20,000 nucleotides of DNA from an uncultured virus (IMG/VR IMGVR_UViG_3300030333_004050) (Duplodnaviria > Heunggongvirae > Uroviricota > Caudoviricetes): the IMG/VR virus record IMGVR_UViG_3300030333_004050, one strand, 5' to 3'. The translations under genes were made by a program, and so were the position numbers. This document shows, piece after piece, positions 1-11,073 of this stretch; position 1 is the stretch's first letter; the number at the start of each line of letters is the position of its first letter. The notes under the pieces were generated by a model that was given only the letters and a program-made list of their open reading frames with translations, did not search any database and was not told the origin of the DNA.

Positions 1-1
1 T

Positions 2-325
2 GACCGCAGGCAACGCGCTATTGACGCTCACTTGAAGAACGAAGTATTCGACAGAAATATGCCTGTTGAAGATTGCGTGAAAGAGACACAGAACTGGTCT
101 ATGGTATGGGGCGAGACTACTCGAACTGAGTATGTTCCGTCGTTGGTGCAAGAGTTAGTGCCGCCTGCCGTATTCGGTCAAATGGTTAGTCTGTCGAAGA
201 CTGCCGTTGAGAAGGTTCTCCCCATACTCCCCGATGATGTCGCAACAGAAGTCCGCAAGACTGCCGTCGTCAAACCCCAACGGCGAATGAACATCAAGAA
301 AAAGGAAAGCACCATAGATGACTGA
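2..325 (+). CDS. Hypothetical protein, 5'-truncated by window edge
   Basis: The frame is open from position 2 (DRRQRAIDAHLKNEVF...) to the stop at 325, which overlaps the next ATG at 318. Confidence 0.7.
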   Translation, partial: DRRQRAIDAHLKNEVFDRNMPVEDCVKETQNWSMVWGETTRTEYVPSLVQELVPPAVFGQMVSLSKTAVEKVLPILPDDVATEVRKTAVVKPQRRMNIKKKESTIDD

Positions 326-659
326 CAAGAAACCAACCGACGAAAAATATGTTCCATCATCCAAATACGGACGCAGGCGTAAAGGGCGATTAGGAAAGTC
401 GGACGGAAGAAATGTCAAGCGTCTTTGGACGGCTATGATGAAAGCGGGTGCAACCAGCCCCGACGGCAAACCATTGACCACTGGTGAAATTGCGGCTTTG
501 CCGAACCAACCATTCGAGATGAACCGCTTGTCAAATCACCTGGCGAAGAAGCCGCACCTATTCGTGTGCGTAGGAAGTGAGAAGATTTCCAGCGTGGATG
601 GAAGAACTCGTTATCCGCAGAAGACATGGTTAGCCCTACCGGATGCGTATGACCTATAA
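318..659 (+). CDS. Basic protein, possible winged-helix DNA-binding protein
   Basis: Lys/Arg-rich N-terminus, then a 'PLTTGEIA...MNRLSNHLAK' helix-turn-helix-like pattern and a beta-hairpin wing. Confidence 0.55.
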   Translation: MTDKKPTDEKYVPSSKYGRRRKGRLGKSDGRNVKRLWTAMMKAGATSPDGKPLTTGEIAALPNQPFEMNRLSNHLAKKPHLFVCVGSEKISSVDGRTRYPQKTWLALPDAYDL

Positions 660-699
660 CCTAAAGTTTATATAGGCATACCCCTACCGCTAAACATGA
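649..699 (+). promoter_or_regulatory. Archaeal BRE/TATA promoter for a leaderless mRNA, copy 1 of a 51-bp direct repeat
   Basis: AAAG-TTTATATA (TATA 667-674), with ATG 696 following 21 nt later. 47/51 identical to 1100-1150. Confidence 0.8.
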
Positions 700-1103
700 A
701 CACAGGACGCGACCTAACCAACGCTGACAACTGGAACGACACCATAGTCGAAGGACAACGGGGGTATGTTCCCCTCAACGACTTCGCAATCGGCTTCGAG
801 GGCATCTCGAATGACAGGCAAAGAATTGTCGTCAATCTCATTAGGGCGGGAGTGTCAATGGAGAACGCCACCTGCGACGGAGAGAACCCATCCGGTCGAA
901 TCCAATACCACATCTTGAGTCCATACACCCTTCGCTACGACATCATAGCGGCTATCACAGGCGAACTACAAACGCCATCCGACATTGTGCGCGAGAGAAA
1001 CCTAAGAGAAATCATCATCGGAGTCGAGGACTTTGGTGGAACGACCAATGTCATAGTCGGGTTCTGTTCGCCGGAGAACTATGAATATCTCCTTGAGGCA
1101 TGA
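696..1103 (+). CDS. Hypothetical protein (135 aa)
   Basis: The ORF starts at leaderless distance from the TATA box and stops inside the second repeat copy. Confidence 0.75.
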   Translation: MNTGRDLTNADNWNDTIVEGQRGYVPLNDFAIGFEGISNDRQRIVVNLIRAGVSMENATCDGENPSGRIQYHILSPYTLRYDIIAAITGELQTPSDIVRERNLREIIIGVEDFGGTTNVIVGFCSPENYEYLLEA

Positions 1104-1150
1104 CCTATAACTTAAACCTTATATAGGCATACCCCTACCGATAAACATGA
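1100..1150 (+). promoter_or_regulatory. Archaeal BRE/TATA promoter, copy 2 of the 51-bp direct repeat
   Basis: AAACCTTATATAGGCATACCCCTACCGATAAACATG, with the same spacing to ATG 1147. Confidence 0.8.
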
Positions 1151-1380
1151 GTCACAACCACCCGAACCACCCAGCCTATCGCCTCAGCGAGAACGAATTG
1201 AGAGCGGCACTAATGGAAACAGAACGCGAAGCGTCGAAAATGCAAGAAGCAATCCTGTTTTACTTCAGCGAGAAGTTCCGAACAGACGCTACCTTCACCC
1301 TCTCAAGCATGACTGCGACCGAAGCCCATCTATGGAGTGCGGCGGAACTAACTATCCACCAATTCGGCAATAATGAATGA
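1147..1380 (+). CDS. Hypothetical protein (77 aa)
   Basis: ORF directly behind the duplicated promoter. Confidence 0.7.
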   Translation: MSHNHPNHPAYRLSENELRAALMETEREASKMQEAILFYFSEKFRTDATFTLSSMTATEAHLWSAAELTIHQFGNNE

Positions 1381-1389
1381 CCTTTCACC

Positions 1390-1419
1390 TTAAGACGGTG
1401 GGGTTGCCCCTTTAGGGGC
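1390..1419 (+). promoter_or_regulatory. Second-class promoter motif TTAAGAnGGTGGGGwTGCmCC
   Basis: A near-identical motif lies at 4440-4460. Both are 28-30 nt upstream of an ATG. Confidence 0.55.
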
Positions 1420-2250
1420 ATGGTGAGAGTAAATACTCCGTCTTCCGAAGTGTCGCGCGCGGCCAACATTACGGTCTTCGCTGACGACATGGTGGAGTTC
1501 CTCAAGTCGGTTCATCTCGACGACCCACCGACCCCAGTGAGGATTCTATTCGACAACGACGGCATCTCGGTTTGGACTACCAATCAAACTCGGACTTTGC
1601 AGGTATTCGCTGACAGGTGGGATATGGAGAGTTATAACATTGAAGCCCCATGTGTCATTCTCGTCAATCCGAAAGAACTCTCAGATATGCTTCAAACCAA
1701 AAGCAGGGGTCAAATCATATCCATTCGTGCTGATGCACACACGGCCATTGAAGTGACTAACTCCGGTGGCGGTGGCTTCTCCATCATGCCTGCCGACGAG
1801 GACGAGTGTCTGACTATACCCGACCGATGGGTCTTGCCTGTCAAGGACGGAGAGAGGATATTCCCGATGTTCCGCAACGAGAAGGCGGACTGGGTGATAG
1901 ACATAGACATAGCAATGATGCGAGACATTCTCAAGGACATGACAGTGGCGAAAGCCCCGTATGTCGAACTGACCCTCTCCGAAGACGGGGGCAAAGCCGA
2001 GTCCGGCCACTGGACTTCAAAGACAACTCGTTCATGGACGGGCGTTGACTTCGTTTGGGTCAAGCCACACACGACAGATTGCACTATCCGCTTCACTGAC
2101 AACTTGAAGCAAATCCTTAGCACATTCCATAAAGACACGACTTCGGTGAGAATAAGCAAACACCGTGATGGTGCTTTCGTATTGATGGAAGCAAACAACG
2201 GAACGAAGAGTATCTTTGTGTTAGCCACTGAGGCGGTGAAAGAGACATGA
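1420..2250 (+). CDS. pcn: DNA polymerase sliding clamp (PCNA-like)
   Basis: 276 aa. PCNA-like pattern 'VRILFDNDGISV...ESYNIEAPCVILVNPKELSDML' and a second domain 'IDIAMMRDILKDM...VELTLSEDG'. Located next to the primase. Confidence 0.7.
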   Translation: MVRVNTPSSEVSRAANITVFADDMVEFLKSVHLDDPPTPVRILFDNDGISVWTTNQTRTLQVFADRWDMESYNIEAPCVILVNPKELSDMLQTKSRGQIISIRADAHTAIEVTNSGGGGFSIMPADEDECLTIPDRWVLPVKDGERIFPMFRNEKADWVIDIDIAMMRDILKDMTVAKAPYVELTLSEDGGKAESGHWTSKTTRSWTGVDFVWVKPHTTDCTIRFTDNLKQILSTFHKDTTSVRISKHRDGAFVLMEANNGTKSIFVLATEAVKET

Positions 2251-2453
2251 GCGAGTTTATTGACAAAGCAAAACAGATAATGGGAATGGATGATAACGAC
2301 ATAGAGGCGTTGAGGCTGTCAGTGACAGTAGCACTATTGGCGTCAGCATTGGGTCTGACTGAGGAACAGATAGACTTAGCATTAGAGCAACGAATGAAGG
2401 TCGAGATAAGCCAGGCAGGCGACCAACTCAAGGAACTATTGAAGGGAGAATGA
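2247..2453 (+). CDS. Hypothetical protein (68 aa)
   Basis: ATGA overlaps with the genes on both sides (translational coupling). Confidence 0.75.
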   Translation: MSEFIDKAKQIMGMDDNDIEALRLSVTVALLASALGLTEEQIDLALEQRMKVEISQAGDQLKELLKGE

Positions 2454-3613
2454 TGCGATTATCATTCGAGGACTTCGAGAGCCTTTGTGAAGAACTGGGC
2501 TTCACGACATATCCTCGTGCGATAGGCAACCCTCGTCAGCAATTCATTTACACACCCGAAGAAGCGTATGCGGGATTCAACGAGTGGAACGGCAACCATT
2601 CGTGCTTCATCAGCACACAAGGATATGACAATCTCGGCTACGACGCGCATGGAAAACAACTGCCTTCCGTCATACAGTATGGACTCACCTTCTTTGACTT
2701 CGACCACGACACTAAACCGGAGAACGCGTATGCGGACGCATGGAATCTATCTCGGTATCTTGAGGAACACGACATTTGTCATTGGGTTCAGTATTCCGGC
2801 TCGAAAGGGTATCACCTTTTCATCGTCCATAAACCAACACGATTCAAGTTCAATCACCAGGACGGTTCGGCAGATTCCCTACGGAGAATCGTCAATCAGA
2901 CCCAAACTGAACTCAAGATTTTGCTTAGTTCAAATACTCTCGATGTTCAAACCACTGGCGACCCTAAGCGTCTGTGTCGTTTTCCCTTTACTCGTCATGT
3001 CAACAGACACGGCGAAGTATCGCTTCGACATTGTATGCCGTTGACAAAAGAGATGCTTTCATCCGGCCACGATAATATCGTTGCTCAGTCTCACCGACCG
3101 CGAATGACTGGAGACTATTTAATAGGGCAAAAGAAACTCACTTTGAAAGAACTCATTGAAACTCTAAGTATATCCGTCAAGAGAGAAGATGTTGAACTCA
3201 GACCTGTCAATCGAACCGAACTCGAAATTGATGTTGATACTTCGTTAGGACAGTTCATTGCATCTCTCGAAGTCCGTTGTCCTGGCGTGGTCAATGAGTT
3301 GAAGACTCTCAATCCATATCATAAGGCGCGCGTCCACACAGCCATGTTCGCTAAGACGCTCGGTATTGACATTGACACCTTCGATTCTCTATGGGTGGAA
3401 CTGGCTAATGCACAAGGTTATGTTGATGTTCACAACACGGAATATAGAAGGAAGCAGTTGGAGTCTCTATTCTTCAACGACGCCTACCATACAAACGCGA
3501 ATTGCACTACGCTAAAGAGAGACAGATGTTGTATTGGAGAGGCTTGCCCGAAATACATTCACGAGTTCCCAAAGAGAAAGCGTATCATAAGAAAATGGAG
3601 TAAGAAAGCATGA
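2450..3613 (+). CDS. Archaeo-eukaryotic primase, PriS catalytic domain fused to a PriL-like Cys-rich C-terminal domain
   Basis: AEP motifs DFD (FFDFDHD), SGSKGYH and D..R..R.P. The C-terminal 'RCPGV...H.AR...Y...NCTTL....CC....CP' resembles the PriL Fe-S domain. Confidence 0.85.
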   Translation: MMRLSFEDFESLCEELGFTTYPRAIGNPRQQFIYTPEEAYAGFNEWNGNHSCFISTQGYDNLGYDAHGKQLPSVIQYGLTFFDFDHDTKPENAYADAWNLSRYLEEHDICHWVQYSGSKGYHLFIVHKPTRFKFNHQDGSADSLRRIVNQTQTELKILLSSNTLDVQTTGDPKRLCRFPFTRHVNRHGEVSLRHCMPLTKEMLSSGHDNIVAQSHRPRMTGDYLIGQKKLTLKELIETLSISVKREDVELRPVNRTELEIDVDTSLGQFIASLEVRCPGVVNELKTLNPYHKARVHTAMFAKTLGIDIDTFDSLWVELANAQGYVDVHNTEYRRKQLESLFFNDAYHTNANCTTLKRDRCCIGEACPKYIHEFPKRKRIIRKWSKKA

Positions 3614-4443
3614 CACCAGCAAATAAGACATTCAAGGCATCAGAAGTGTTAGAGGACGACGAGGCATTCGAGCAGGCCGCTACTACTGGCGGACTTGGCC
3701 GTAAATTGGCTCTCTTGCGTCTCCTAAGCGGCGCAAAGGTGGAAGTGGGCGAAATACCCACTGAACACAACGCGCGCTGTGAGTGGCTCGGTAGGGCTAT
3801 CATACAGGAACTCCTTGACCGCCAACAGAAGATAGACCACAGGGAACATTGGGTGGTTGCCGAGTATCTCAACAATCTCGGTTTTGAAATCGTCCACCTG
3901 GAAACAGGCAAGGGTGATGTCTCCAGCCGACGCGTCTCCGTCGAAAGAAAGGAAGATGACTTCCTACCGAGTTTGTTTGACGACAGAAGACTGAGACAGT
4001 TGGGGGCAATGAGAGAAGAAGCCGAGTTCTCATATCTCGTAGTCACGAAATCGTATAATGAAATCAAGGCTGATGTAGCAATGCGTGGAGTCAATGAGCG
4101 AGTTCTCATTGGGTATATTGCATCCTTATGCGCGGTTGGCTATCCACCAGTCTTCCTACCGGATAGACACGACGCGGCTGAGTTGATACGGAGAATCGTC
4201 GAGAAGGTTGAGGACGACGAACCTCGCATCTTCGTTCCACGACCGAAAGGTGCTTTGCCGAGAGATTATCGAAATGCAATAATCGAATCATTGCCGAAGG
4301 TTGGACCTAAGACGCGGCGTAAGTTGGTTGATGCTTTTCCTACCATTGCAGAACTATGCAATGCGACTCCCGAAGACCTCTCAGCGATAGAAGGAATCGG
4401 CAAAAAAACTGCAACTAAGATATTCGAGTGCCTGCATAGTTAA
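3610..4443 (+). CDS. ERCC4/XPF-family structure-specific nuclease with tandem HhH motifs
   Basis: GD-x8-ERK-x2-D motif (GDVSSRRVSVERKEDD), plus HhH motifs LPKVGPKT and IEGIGKKTA. Confidence 0.9.
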   Translation: MTPANKTFKASEVLEDDEAFEQAATTGGLGRKLALLRLLSGAKVEVGEIPTEHNARCEWLGRAIIQELLDRQQKIDHREHWVVAEYLNNLGFEIVHLETGKGDVSSRRVSVERKEDDFLPSLFDDRRLRQLGAMREEAEFSYLVVTKSYNEIKADVAMRGVNERVLIGYIASLCAVGYPPVFLPDRHDAAELIRRIVEKVEDDEPRIFVPRPKGALPRDYRNAIIESLPKVGPKTRRKLVDAFPTIAELCNATPEDLSAIEGIGKKTATKIFECLHS

Positions 4444-4467
4444 GAAGGTGGGGATGCACCCTACATT
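4440..4467 (+). promoter_or_regulatory. Second-class promoter motif
   Basis: TTAAGAAGGTGGGGATGCACC, matching 1390-1410. Confidence 0.55.
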
Positions 4468-4665
4468 ATGCTTCAGTATAGAGTGAATGTTGACTTCGGA
4501 ATCGAAGGTATCGAACAAATGCAAATAGATGCACCGAATGTTGGTGTCGCCCTCAGAAAGGCGTATGAACTCGCGCTTGACCGGAAGCAAAATCCGGTCG
4601 CAGTAAGCGTGGTTCAAGTCATAGACCAGTCATGGATAACGACCGCGCCGCAACAACCAGTCTGA
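4468..4665 (+). CDS. Hypothetical protein (65 aa)
   Basis: ORF behind the conserved promoter motif. Confidence 0.65.
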   Translation: MLQYRVNVDFGIEGIEQMQIDAPNVGVALRKAYELALDRKQNPVAVSVVQVIDQSWITTAPQQPV

Positions 4666-4700
4666 GATAGCGTCAATAGCCAGTAATCAATGGGGAGAGT

Positions 4701-5054
4701 GTGCTACCAATGCCGGACGGTTTGCTATGGGCGGTCGAAGGCGAGAATGGTATGGAACTTCATGGCTACCATGACGACATACTCATGGCTATTGTGAGTG
4801 TCAAAGAGAGCAACACATGGACTTTCAGATTTCCAGGCCATAGGGGTCAAGGCACTATACGAGTCGGGGGTGGATGCAACTACAATCCACTACACATGGT
4901 GGAGATTCTAAGGCATCATTTCATTGATGATGAGCCGCCTCTTCCCACAAAAACTGAAAAGCCCAATGACAGTGTCACAAAGCGCATACAGAACGCTGAG
5001 TTCAGCGAAGACTGGGTAAAGTGGGATGATAGGTGGAGTGACAGATGGTCTTAA
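4701..5054 (+). CDS. Hypothetical protein
   Basis: ORF with a GTG start (ATG at 4710 is an alternative); overlaps the next gene. Confidence 0.65.
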   Translation: MLPMPDGLLWAVEGENGMELHGYHDDILMAIVSVKESNTWTFRFPGHRGQGTIRVGGGCNYNPLHMVEILRHHFIDDEPPLPTKTEKPNDSVTKRIQNAEFSEDWVKWDDRWSDRWS

Positions 5055-5362
5055 CATTCACAGTTGAAGAAGACGATGGTTCAGCAGTAGTTCTCGCCGT
5101 ATCATCTCATAATCTCAGTGATTCTATTCACATTATACAGGATGACGGCAGTTGGGAAGTCAAGCACTGCGACGAAACTTATGTCATGAATGATTATGCA
5201 AATGACATCAAGGTTGCGAGAGATTTTGCAGTCAAGATGCTAACAGGCATACCATTTAGGAAAATGGACGATATTTTAACCGACCCAAACGGCGAAAAAC
5301 CCTACATTAACTTCAAGGACTACGAGAGGGGGTCATCCTTCGATGTTTGGAGTGTTAAGTAA
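5045..5362 (+). CDS. Hypothetical protein (105 aa)
   Basis: Preceded by a GGAGTGA RBS; TAATG coupling to the fibre gene. Confidence 0.7.
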   Translation: MVLTFTVEEDDGSAVVLAVSSHNLSDSIHIIQDDGSWEVKHCDETYVMNDYANDIKVARDFAVKMLTGIPFRKMDDILTDPNGEKPYINFKDYERGSSFDVWSVK

Positions 5363-8300
5363 TGTCGAGGAAGAGAGACTTAAGGAAAGAAGCCGCTAAG
5401 CGTCTCGGCAGAAAAACCACTGATGATTCATTCGTAAATCGCGCTCGGCAGAAGGCTAACATATCCGACGAAGACGCTCTCGGACCTGCGCCACCACCTG
5501 CTTTACCAGTCGGCCCTCAAGGCCCAATCGGACCTGCACAGGACGGCTTGACTACTGTTAATTGGCGTGGTGTCTATTCTGATGACATAGAGTATCAGAT
5601 GGGCGACGCAGTATTCTATGAAGGGTCATCATACATACGCATACGAAAGGGAACTACCGTAGGCAAAGTTCCAACGAAGAAGCGATATTGGGATGTTCTC
5701 GCTCAACAAGGCGGCATCGGACCGAGTGGACCGGAAGGGTCGCAAGGTATTGCCGGACCGAGTGGACCTGCTGGTAGTGCTGGCCCTGCTGGAGATGACG
5801 GACCTGCTGGACCTACTGGACCTGCTGGGCCACCTGGCCCGACAGGAGCGGACTCAACAGTAGCCGGACCTGCTGGACCTGCTGGGCCTGCCGGACCTAC
5901 TGGACCTACTGGCCCTGCTGGCCCGACTGGAGATGACGGCCCTGCTGGGCCTGCCGGACCGCCTGGCCCAACTGGAAGCACTGGACCTCTCGGACCAACT
6001 GGTGATACTGGACCGACTGGACCAACTGGTTCTCAAGGACCACAGGGAGATACTGGACCTCAAGGCGACGCCGGACCTACTGGTCCAACTGGTCCTACTG
6101 GTCCTACCGGACCAACTGGACCTCAAGGAACTAAGGGTGAACTTAGCGGATTTCGCTATGAGTTTGACTCAGCGACGACTGGAACTGGAGTTGGTGCTGG
6201 TATTTTGCGTCTAAACAACGCAACTCCTTCATCGGCTACAAGTCTATTTTTCCACACAACTTCTGACGATTCGATTTCAGTTGCAGATTTGATGACACTT
6301 CTGAGTGGTGCAACTTCAACAAAGAAGGGTCATTTGATTCTCAAAACATTAGCCGGAGATATTCTGACTGCTACTATCTCGGACATTTCTCTTGCGTCGA
6401 GTATCTATACTGTCACAATTGCGGATGCTACTTCCACAGGAACATTCAGTGACGCCGAAGAAGTATATCTCGAACTCTATCGTATAGGAGACAAGGGAGA
6501 CACTGGAAGCACTGGGGCAACTGGCCCTACCGGACCAACTGGACCTGCTGGTTCAGATGGCTCAGATGGTGCAGATGGCTCAGATGGTGCAACAGGACCA
6601 ACTGGACCTACTGGCCCTACTGGCCCTCAAGGTGCTACTGGACCTACTGGACCTACTGGGCCTGCCGGAAGCGACGGCTCGGACGGGTCTGATGGTGCTA
6701 CTGGTCCGACTGGTGCTACTGGTCCTACTGGACCTACTGGAAGCACTGGTCCGACTGGACCTACCGGACCGGATGGTAATTTTGGTGGTGCTACATTTGA
6801 CTACACATTTAGCACGAACACAACTGACTCCGACCCAACACAGGGCAAACTCAAGTTCAACAACGGAACACTTGCGTCCGCGACTGAACTGTATATTGAC
6901 GACGAGGATGACAACGGAACTGACATTCAATCATTCTTGAGAACGATTGATGATTCGACCTCGACGATTAAAGGACACTTTAGAATAAGCAACCGCTTAG
7001 ATGCGAGCGACTTCAGACTTTTCACAATCAGTGCTGTCACTGAGGCAACTGGATATTTCAAAGTCTCATGTGCGTCAGTAAGTGGGTCGGCAACTTCATT
7101 CTCAGATGCGGAAGATGTAATCATAACATTCGCGCGCACTGGAGATAAGGGAGACACTGGTTCGACTGGCCCAACAGGACCAACTGGAGCGGATGGCCCG
7201 ACTGGCCCAACAGGACCAACTGGTCCGGCTGGTAGTGATGGTTCGGACGGCGCGGATGGTGCTACTGGCCCAACAGGGCCAACAGGGCCAACTGGCCCGA
7301 CTGGAAGCACTGGAGCGGCTGGGCCAACTGGCCCGACTGGTCCTACCGGACCTGCTGGGTCTGATGGAGACGATGGTGCAACAGGCCCGACTGGCCCTGC
7401 TGGTCCAACAGGCCCGACTGGGCCTACTGGAAGCACTGGACCTACTGGCCCGACTGGACCGGAAGGGTTGGTTTGGGAAGGAGCATGGTCAAGTTCCACT
7501 ACTTACCAGGTGGACGACGCTGTCACACACAACGGAACTTCTTACATTGCGACTGCTTCACATACTGACCAAGAACCACCGAATGCTTCGTATTGGAATG
7601 TCTTAGCGTCAAAAGGTGACACTGGTTCAACTGGTTCAACTGGGCCAACTGGTCCGGCCGGACCGACAGGGCCAACTGGGCCTGCTGGTTCAGATGGAGA
7701 CGACGGTGCTACTGGGCCGACAGGGCCAACTGGACCTACTGGGCCGACAGGGCCGAGTGGGTCTGACGGAGACGACGGTGCTACTGGCCCTACTGGTCCA
7801 ACAGGACCAACTGGAAGTGCTGGGCCAACTGGTGCTACTGGACCAACTGGAACTGCCGCCGGATTCGGAACTCCTACCGCAAGCACTGGACCAATAGGAG
7901 TCACAGCAAGCGGACCGGACACGGCCAAAGTATTCGCATTCACAATACCTGCCGGAGACACTGGACCTACTGGTCCGACAGGGCCGACAGGGCCAACTGG
8001 TCCGGCCGGAAGCGACGGAGATGATGGAGCGACTGGCCCAACTGGACCTACTGGCCCAACTGGACCTGCGGGTAGTGATGGTTCAGACGGAGCAACAGGC
8101 CCGACTGGGCCGACTGGTCCTACTGGTTCAACTGGAAGCACTGGTCCTACTGGTCCGACTGGACCTGTTGGGCCATCGGAAGGTGGAATATGGAGATTCG
8201 GAAATGCAACCGGAGCGTCTATTCCATCAAACGGTTATTTCAAAGTCAACAACGCCACATGGTCGAGTGGAACTCACATTTACATTAACAGGCTTGACAA

Positions 8301-10329
8301 GGATTCAGACGCATGGACTAACTGGTTCGAGCATTTACAATCTTTGACTTCATCCACTATGGGATTCATCAAAATTATAGGAACAGACTCCGGCACACCC
8401 GACCCATCCAATGAGGGTCATTTGTTTGAGATAACTGCGGTTGCAGATATGACGACTGGTTCTAATGTTGGTTATGACCTAACCGTGACTCCGGTATTCA
8501 ACAACTCAGAACCAACAAGCGGCGACGAGTGCTACATCTTCCTTTCATTCTCCGGTGACAAAGGTGACACTGGAGCAACTGGGCCGACTGGCCCTACTGG
8601 TAGCACTGGTCCTACTGGGCCTACTGGTCCAGCAGGCAGTGACGGTTCGGATGGAGCAACTGGACCGACAGGCCCGACAGGCCCGACTGGCCCTACTGGC
8701 CCTGCGGGGTCAGACGGTGATGATGGAGCAACTGGTCCTACTGGGCCTACTGGGCCTGCTGGCCCAACTGGGCCTACCGGACCTACGGGTGCGGCTGGAG
8801 ATGATGGGTCGGATGGTGCTACTGGCCCTACCGGACCGACTGGCCCTACTGGGCCTACCGGACCGACTGGGCCTGCCGCTTCACCTGCTGGTGATGGTAG
8901 CGAGGCTTCACCGTCCTACACATTCTCTTCTGACACCAACACTGGAATATATCGCAAGGGGTCAGACTCGATGGGATTCGTAGTAGGTGCGACCGAAGTA
9001 TTGTCAATGTCTTCGGCAGGCATCAATGTTGAAAACAACTACAAGTTGGGTATCTCAGATGGTGGAGCGTCTAATCCAACTCTCAGATTCAAAGATGACA
9101 CCAACACTGGTTTATTCAGACCTGCTGGTGACATTATCGGATTCACAACAAACGATACTGAAAGAATCAGAATCGGTGCATCGGGTCAAATTGGAATAGG
9201 CGGTGCGTCCTACGGAACTGCTGGTCAAGTGCTGGCTTCCGGTGGTGCATCGGCTTCCGTCGAGTGGGTTGATAATACGGCTGGACCGACTGGTCCAACT
9301 GGCCCTGCCGGACCTACTGGCCCGACCGGACCTACTGGGCCTACTGGTCCGACTGGCCCTGCTGGTTCAGATGGTGACGATGGAAGCGCGGGTGCTACTG
9401 GCCCTACTGGTCCGACTGGTCCAACTGGCCCAACAGGGCCAACTGGTTCAGCCGCCTCGCCTGCGGCGGACGGAAGTGCAGGGTCGCCTTCCTACACATT
9501 TACTTCAGATAGCAACACTGGTTTATTCAGAATCGGTGCAGACAACTTAGGAATCGCAACAGGCGGAACACAACGGGCCAACTTTGACTCAGATGGTAAA
9601 GTGCAAATTGGAGATTCGTCAGTCAATCCAGGCAGTGTGACAATAGGAAAACTGACAGTGTCGAGAGATGAAACGGAAGGCTCGGATGATGGCCCAACTC
9701 TAATGTTGGTTGATGGTGATAGTGACGCTAACAATGGACCGTTAATCAAGATGTATAGGAATACAGAAAGTCCAGCCGCCGACGATGCGTTGGGTGCAAT
9801 AGGATTCTCCGGTGAAGACTCCGGTGGGAGTGAAACAACATACGCACGAATACAAGCAGTGTCAAACGATGTCACAAACGGTTCGGAAGATGGTTCGCTT
9901 GAGTTTAGAATAATGGCGGCTGGAACACAAACAGATGTATTGACTATTGAGTCTGACCCCGACCACACAGCCCACCTAACTTTGTCTTCTGTGTCACAGG
10001 CTGGCGCGAAAGTAGGCCCAACTTCAACTGCTAATGATGGCTACTTGACCCTAATGACAGTGTCAACTTCAAAGTTCACAGGGATAACTGCGAGTGTGCA
10101 TATCACAGATTCAACCAACAATGAAGTTCAGACAGAAATGATAGTTGCACATTACGATGGGTCGGCCGTCAACTATACTACTTACGGACAGATATACGAT
10201 GGCGGCGCGGCGATAGGTGAATTACAAGCGGTATTATCGGGTGGCCGATGGACGATAACATTCCAAAACAAACAGGGTAGCACTGCGGACTTGACAGGCT
10301 CAATACACGCAGTGTTGCATCCAGCATGA
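5362..10329 (+). CDS. Collagen-like virion fibre/adhesin (1655 aa) with CBM5/12-like modules and repeated globular domains
   Basis: Multiple long Gly-X-Y (GPT/GPA/GSD) tracts. Two 'W.G.(Y/W)...Y..(G/D)DAV...G.SYI...P...YW.VLA' modules, three related ~115-125-aa domains ending GDKGDTG, and three 'G....P...F..D.NTG.(Y/F)R' repeats. Confidence 0.9.
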   Translation: MSRKRDLRKEAAKRLGRKTTDDSFVNRARQKANISDEDALGPAPPPALPVGPQGPIGPAQDGLTTVNWRGVYSDDIEYQMGDAVFYEGSSYIRIRKGTTVGKVPTKKRYWDVLAQQGGIGPSGPEGSQGIAGPSGPAGSAGPAGDDGPAGPTGPAGPPGPTGADSTVAGPAGPAGPAGPTGPTGPAGPTGDDGPAGPAGPPGPTGSTGPLGPTGDTGPTGPTGSQGPQGDTGPQGDAGPTGPTGPTGPTGPTGPQGTKGELSGFRYEFDSATTGTGVGAGILRLNNATPSSATSLFFHTTSDDSISVADLMTLLSGATSTKKGHLILKTLAGDILTATISDISLASSIYTVTIADATSTGTFSDAEEVYLELYRIGDKGDTGSTGATGPTGPTGPAGSDGSDGADGSDGATGPTGPTGPTGPQGATGPTGPTGPAGSDGSDGSDGATGPTGATGPTGPTGSTGPTGPTGPDGNFGGATFDYTFSTNTTDSDPTQGKLKFNNGTLASATELYIDDEDDNGTDIQSFLRTIDDSTSTIKGHFRISNRLDASDFRLFTISAVTEATGYFKVSCASVSGSATSFSDAEDVIITFARTGDKGDTGSTGPTGPTGADGPTGPTGPTGPAGSDGSDGADGATGPTGPTGPTGPTGSTGAAGPTGPTGPTGPAGSDGDDGATGPTGPAGPTGPTGPTGSTGPTGPTGPEGLVWEGAWSSSTTYQVDDAVTHNGTSYIATASHTDQEPPNASYWNVLASKGDTGSTGSTGPTGPAGPTGPTGPAGSDGDDGATGPTGPTGPTGPTGPSGSDGDDGATGPTGPTGPTGSAGPTGATGPTGTAAGFGTPTASTGPIGVTASGPDTAKVFAFTIPAGDTGPTGPTGPTGPTGPAGSDGDDGATGPTGPTGPTGPAGSDGSDGATGPTGPTGPTGSTGSTGPTGPTGPVGPSEGGIWRFGNATGASIPSNGYFKVNNATWSSGTHIYINRLDKDSDAWTNWFEHLQSLTSSTMGFIKIIGTDSGTPDPSNEGHLFEITAVADMTTGSNVGYDLTVTPVFNNSEPTSGDECYIFLSFSGDKGDTGATGPTGPTGSTGPTGPTGPAGSDGSDGATGPTGPTGPTGPTGPAGSDGDDGATGPTGPTGPAGPTGPTGPTGAAGDDGSDGATGPTGPTGPTGPTGPTGPAASPAGDGSEASPSYTFSSDTNTGIYRKGSDSMGFVVGATEVLSMSSAGINVENNYKLGISDGGASNPTLRFKDDTNTGLFRPAGDIIGFTTNDTERIRIGASGQIGIGGASYGTAGQVLASGGASASVEWVDNTAGPTGPTGPAGPTGPTGPTGPTGPTGPAGSDGDDGSAGATGPTGPTGPTGPTGPTGSAASPAADGSAGSPSYTFTSDSNTGLFRIGADNLGIATGGTQRANFDSDGKVQIGDSSVNPGSVTIGKLTVSRDETEGSDDGPTLMLVDGDSDANNGPLIKMYRNTESPAADDALGAIGFSGEDSGGSETTYARIQAVSNDVTNGSEDGSLEFRIMAAGTQTDVLTIESDPDHTAHLTLSSVSQAGAKVGPTSTANDGYLTLMTVSTSKFTGITASVHITDSTNNEVQTEMIVAHYDGSAVNYTTYGQIYDGGAAIGELQAVLSGGRWTITFQNKQGSTADLTGSIHAVLHPA

Positions 10330-10347
10330 AACTAAGGAAGTGAATAC

Positions 10348-11064
10348 ATGGGAAGACAGCCATTTAGACAAATGAAAAGCGACGGAACAATGGAAGAAGC
10401 GGCAGACGCAAGTGGCGGTGGGAAGTTTAGCACCGGACTTATCAACACAACAAAGGATAAGTTGTTGATAAATGACAACTCTTGGCCTCTCCACGCCTGC
10501 ACTGTGTATAGTGCTGGTGAAGATTCAAGACAGACTGCGTATTCTTATGACAATAGCCACTACTATACTACATACTGGCCTTTCATAGCACCGAGAAGCG
10601 GAGACATAAGTAAAATCAGTATCTATGTCGGAACTGTTCACGGCTCGGAGTCATCAGTCGCAATTGGTATTTATGACGCGGCTGACGGACACATCAACGA
10701 CCTGTTGGGAACGGCGACTTTTGCTGGCGGTGAGGGAGAGGCTATGGCCTCGTCGGGAACGAAATCTCAGACTTCCTTTGAATCAAATGTGGGTGAAGGC
10801 GATTCGCAAACTATTACTCTCGTTGAAGGCAACAAGTATTTTTACGCATACAAGAGAGATAATACAGATACGACAGACATAGACTTCTATGTGGATGGAA
10901 GCAACAAGGGTGCAACAATCATGAGGGCCGTTCCTTCCAACTGGGGTAGCACTGGGTATCTATGCTTCTATAATAATAATTCAAACTTACCCGTTAATGA
11001 AGCGGCTATTGGATGGATTCAACACGCAGGCCGCTCTCGGATGATGTGCTGGATAGAAATGTAA
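10348..11064 (+). CDS. Hypothetical protein, probably virion/fibre-associated
   Basis: 238 aa, Ser/Thr/Gly-rich, between the fibre and chaperone genes. Confidence 0.7.
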   Translation: MGRQPFRQMKSDGTMEEAADASGGGKFSTGLINTTKDKLLINDNSWPLHACTVYSAGEDSRQTAYSYDNSHYYTTYWPFIAPRSGDISKISIYVGTVHGSESSVAIGIYDAADGHINDLLGTATFAGGEGEAMASSGTKSQTSFESNVGEGDSQTITLVEGNKYFYAYKRDNTDTTDIDFYVDGSNKGATIMRAVPSNWGSTGYLCFYNNNSNLPVNEAAIGWIQHAGRSRMMCWIEM

Positions 11065-11073
11065 GGTGAAGAT

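Noticed and set aside
5703..9968. Antisense and alternate-frame ORFs within the collagen gene
   Set aside because: Shadow ORFs caused by repetitive GGN-CCN-ACN codons lacking stops.
5362..11064. Diversity-generating retroelement targeting the fibre
   Set aside because: No reverse transcriptase and no TR/VR pair differing at adenines was seen in the window.
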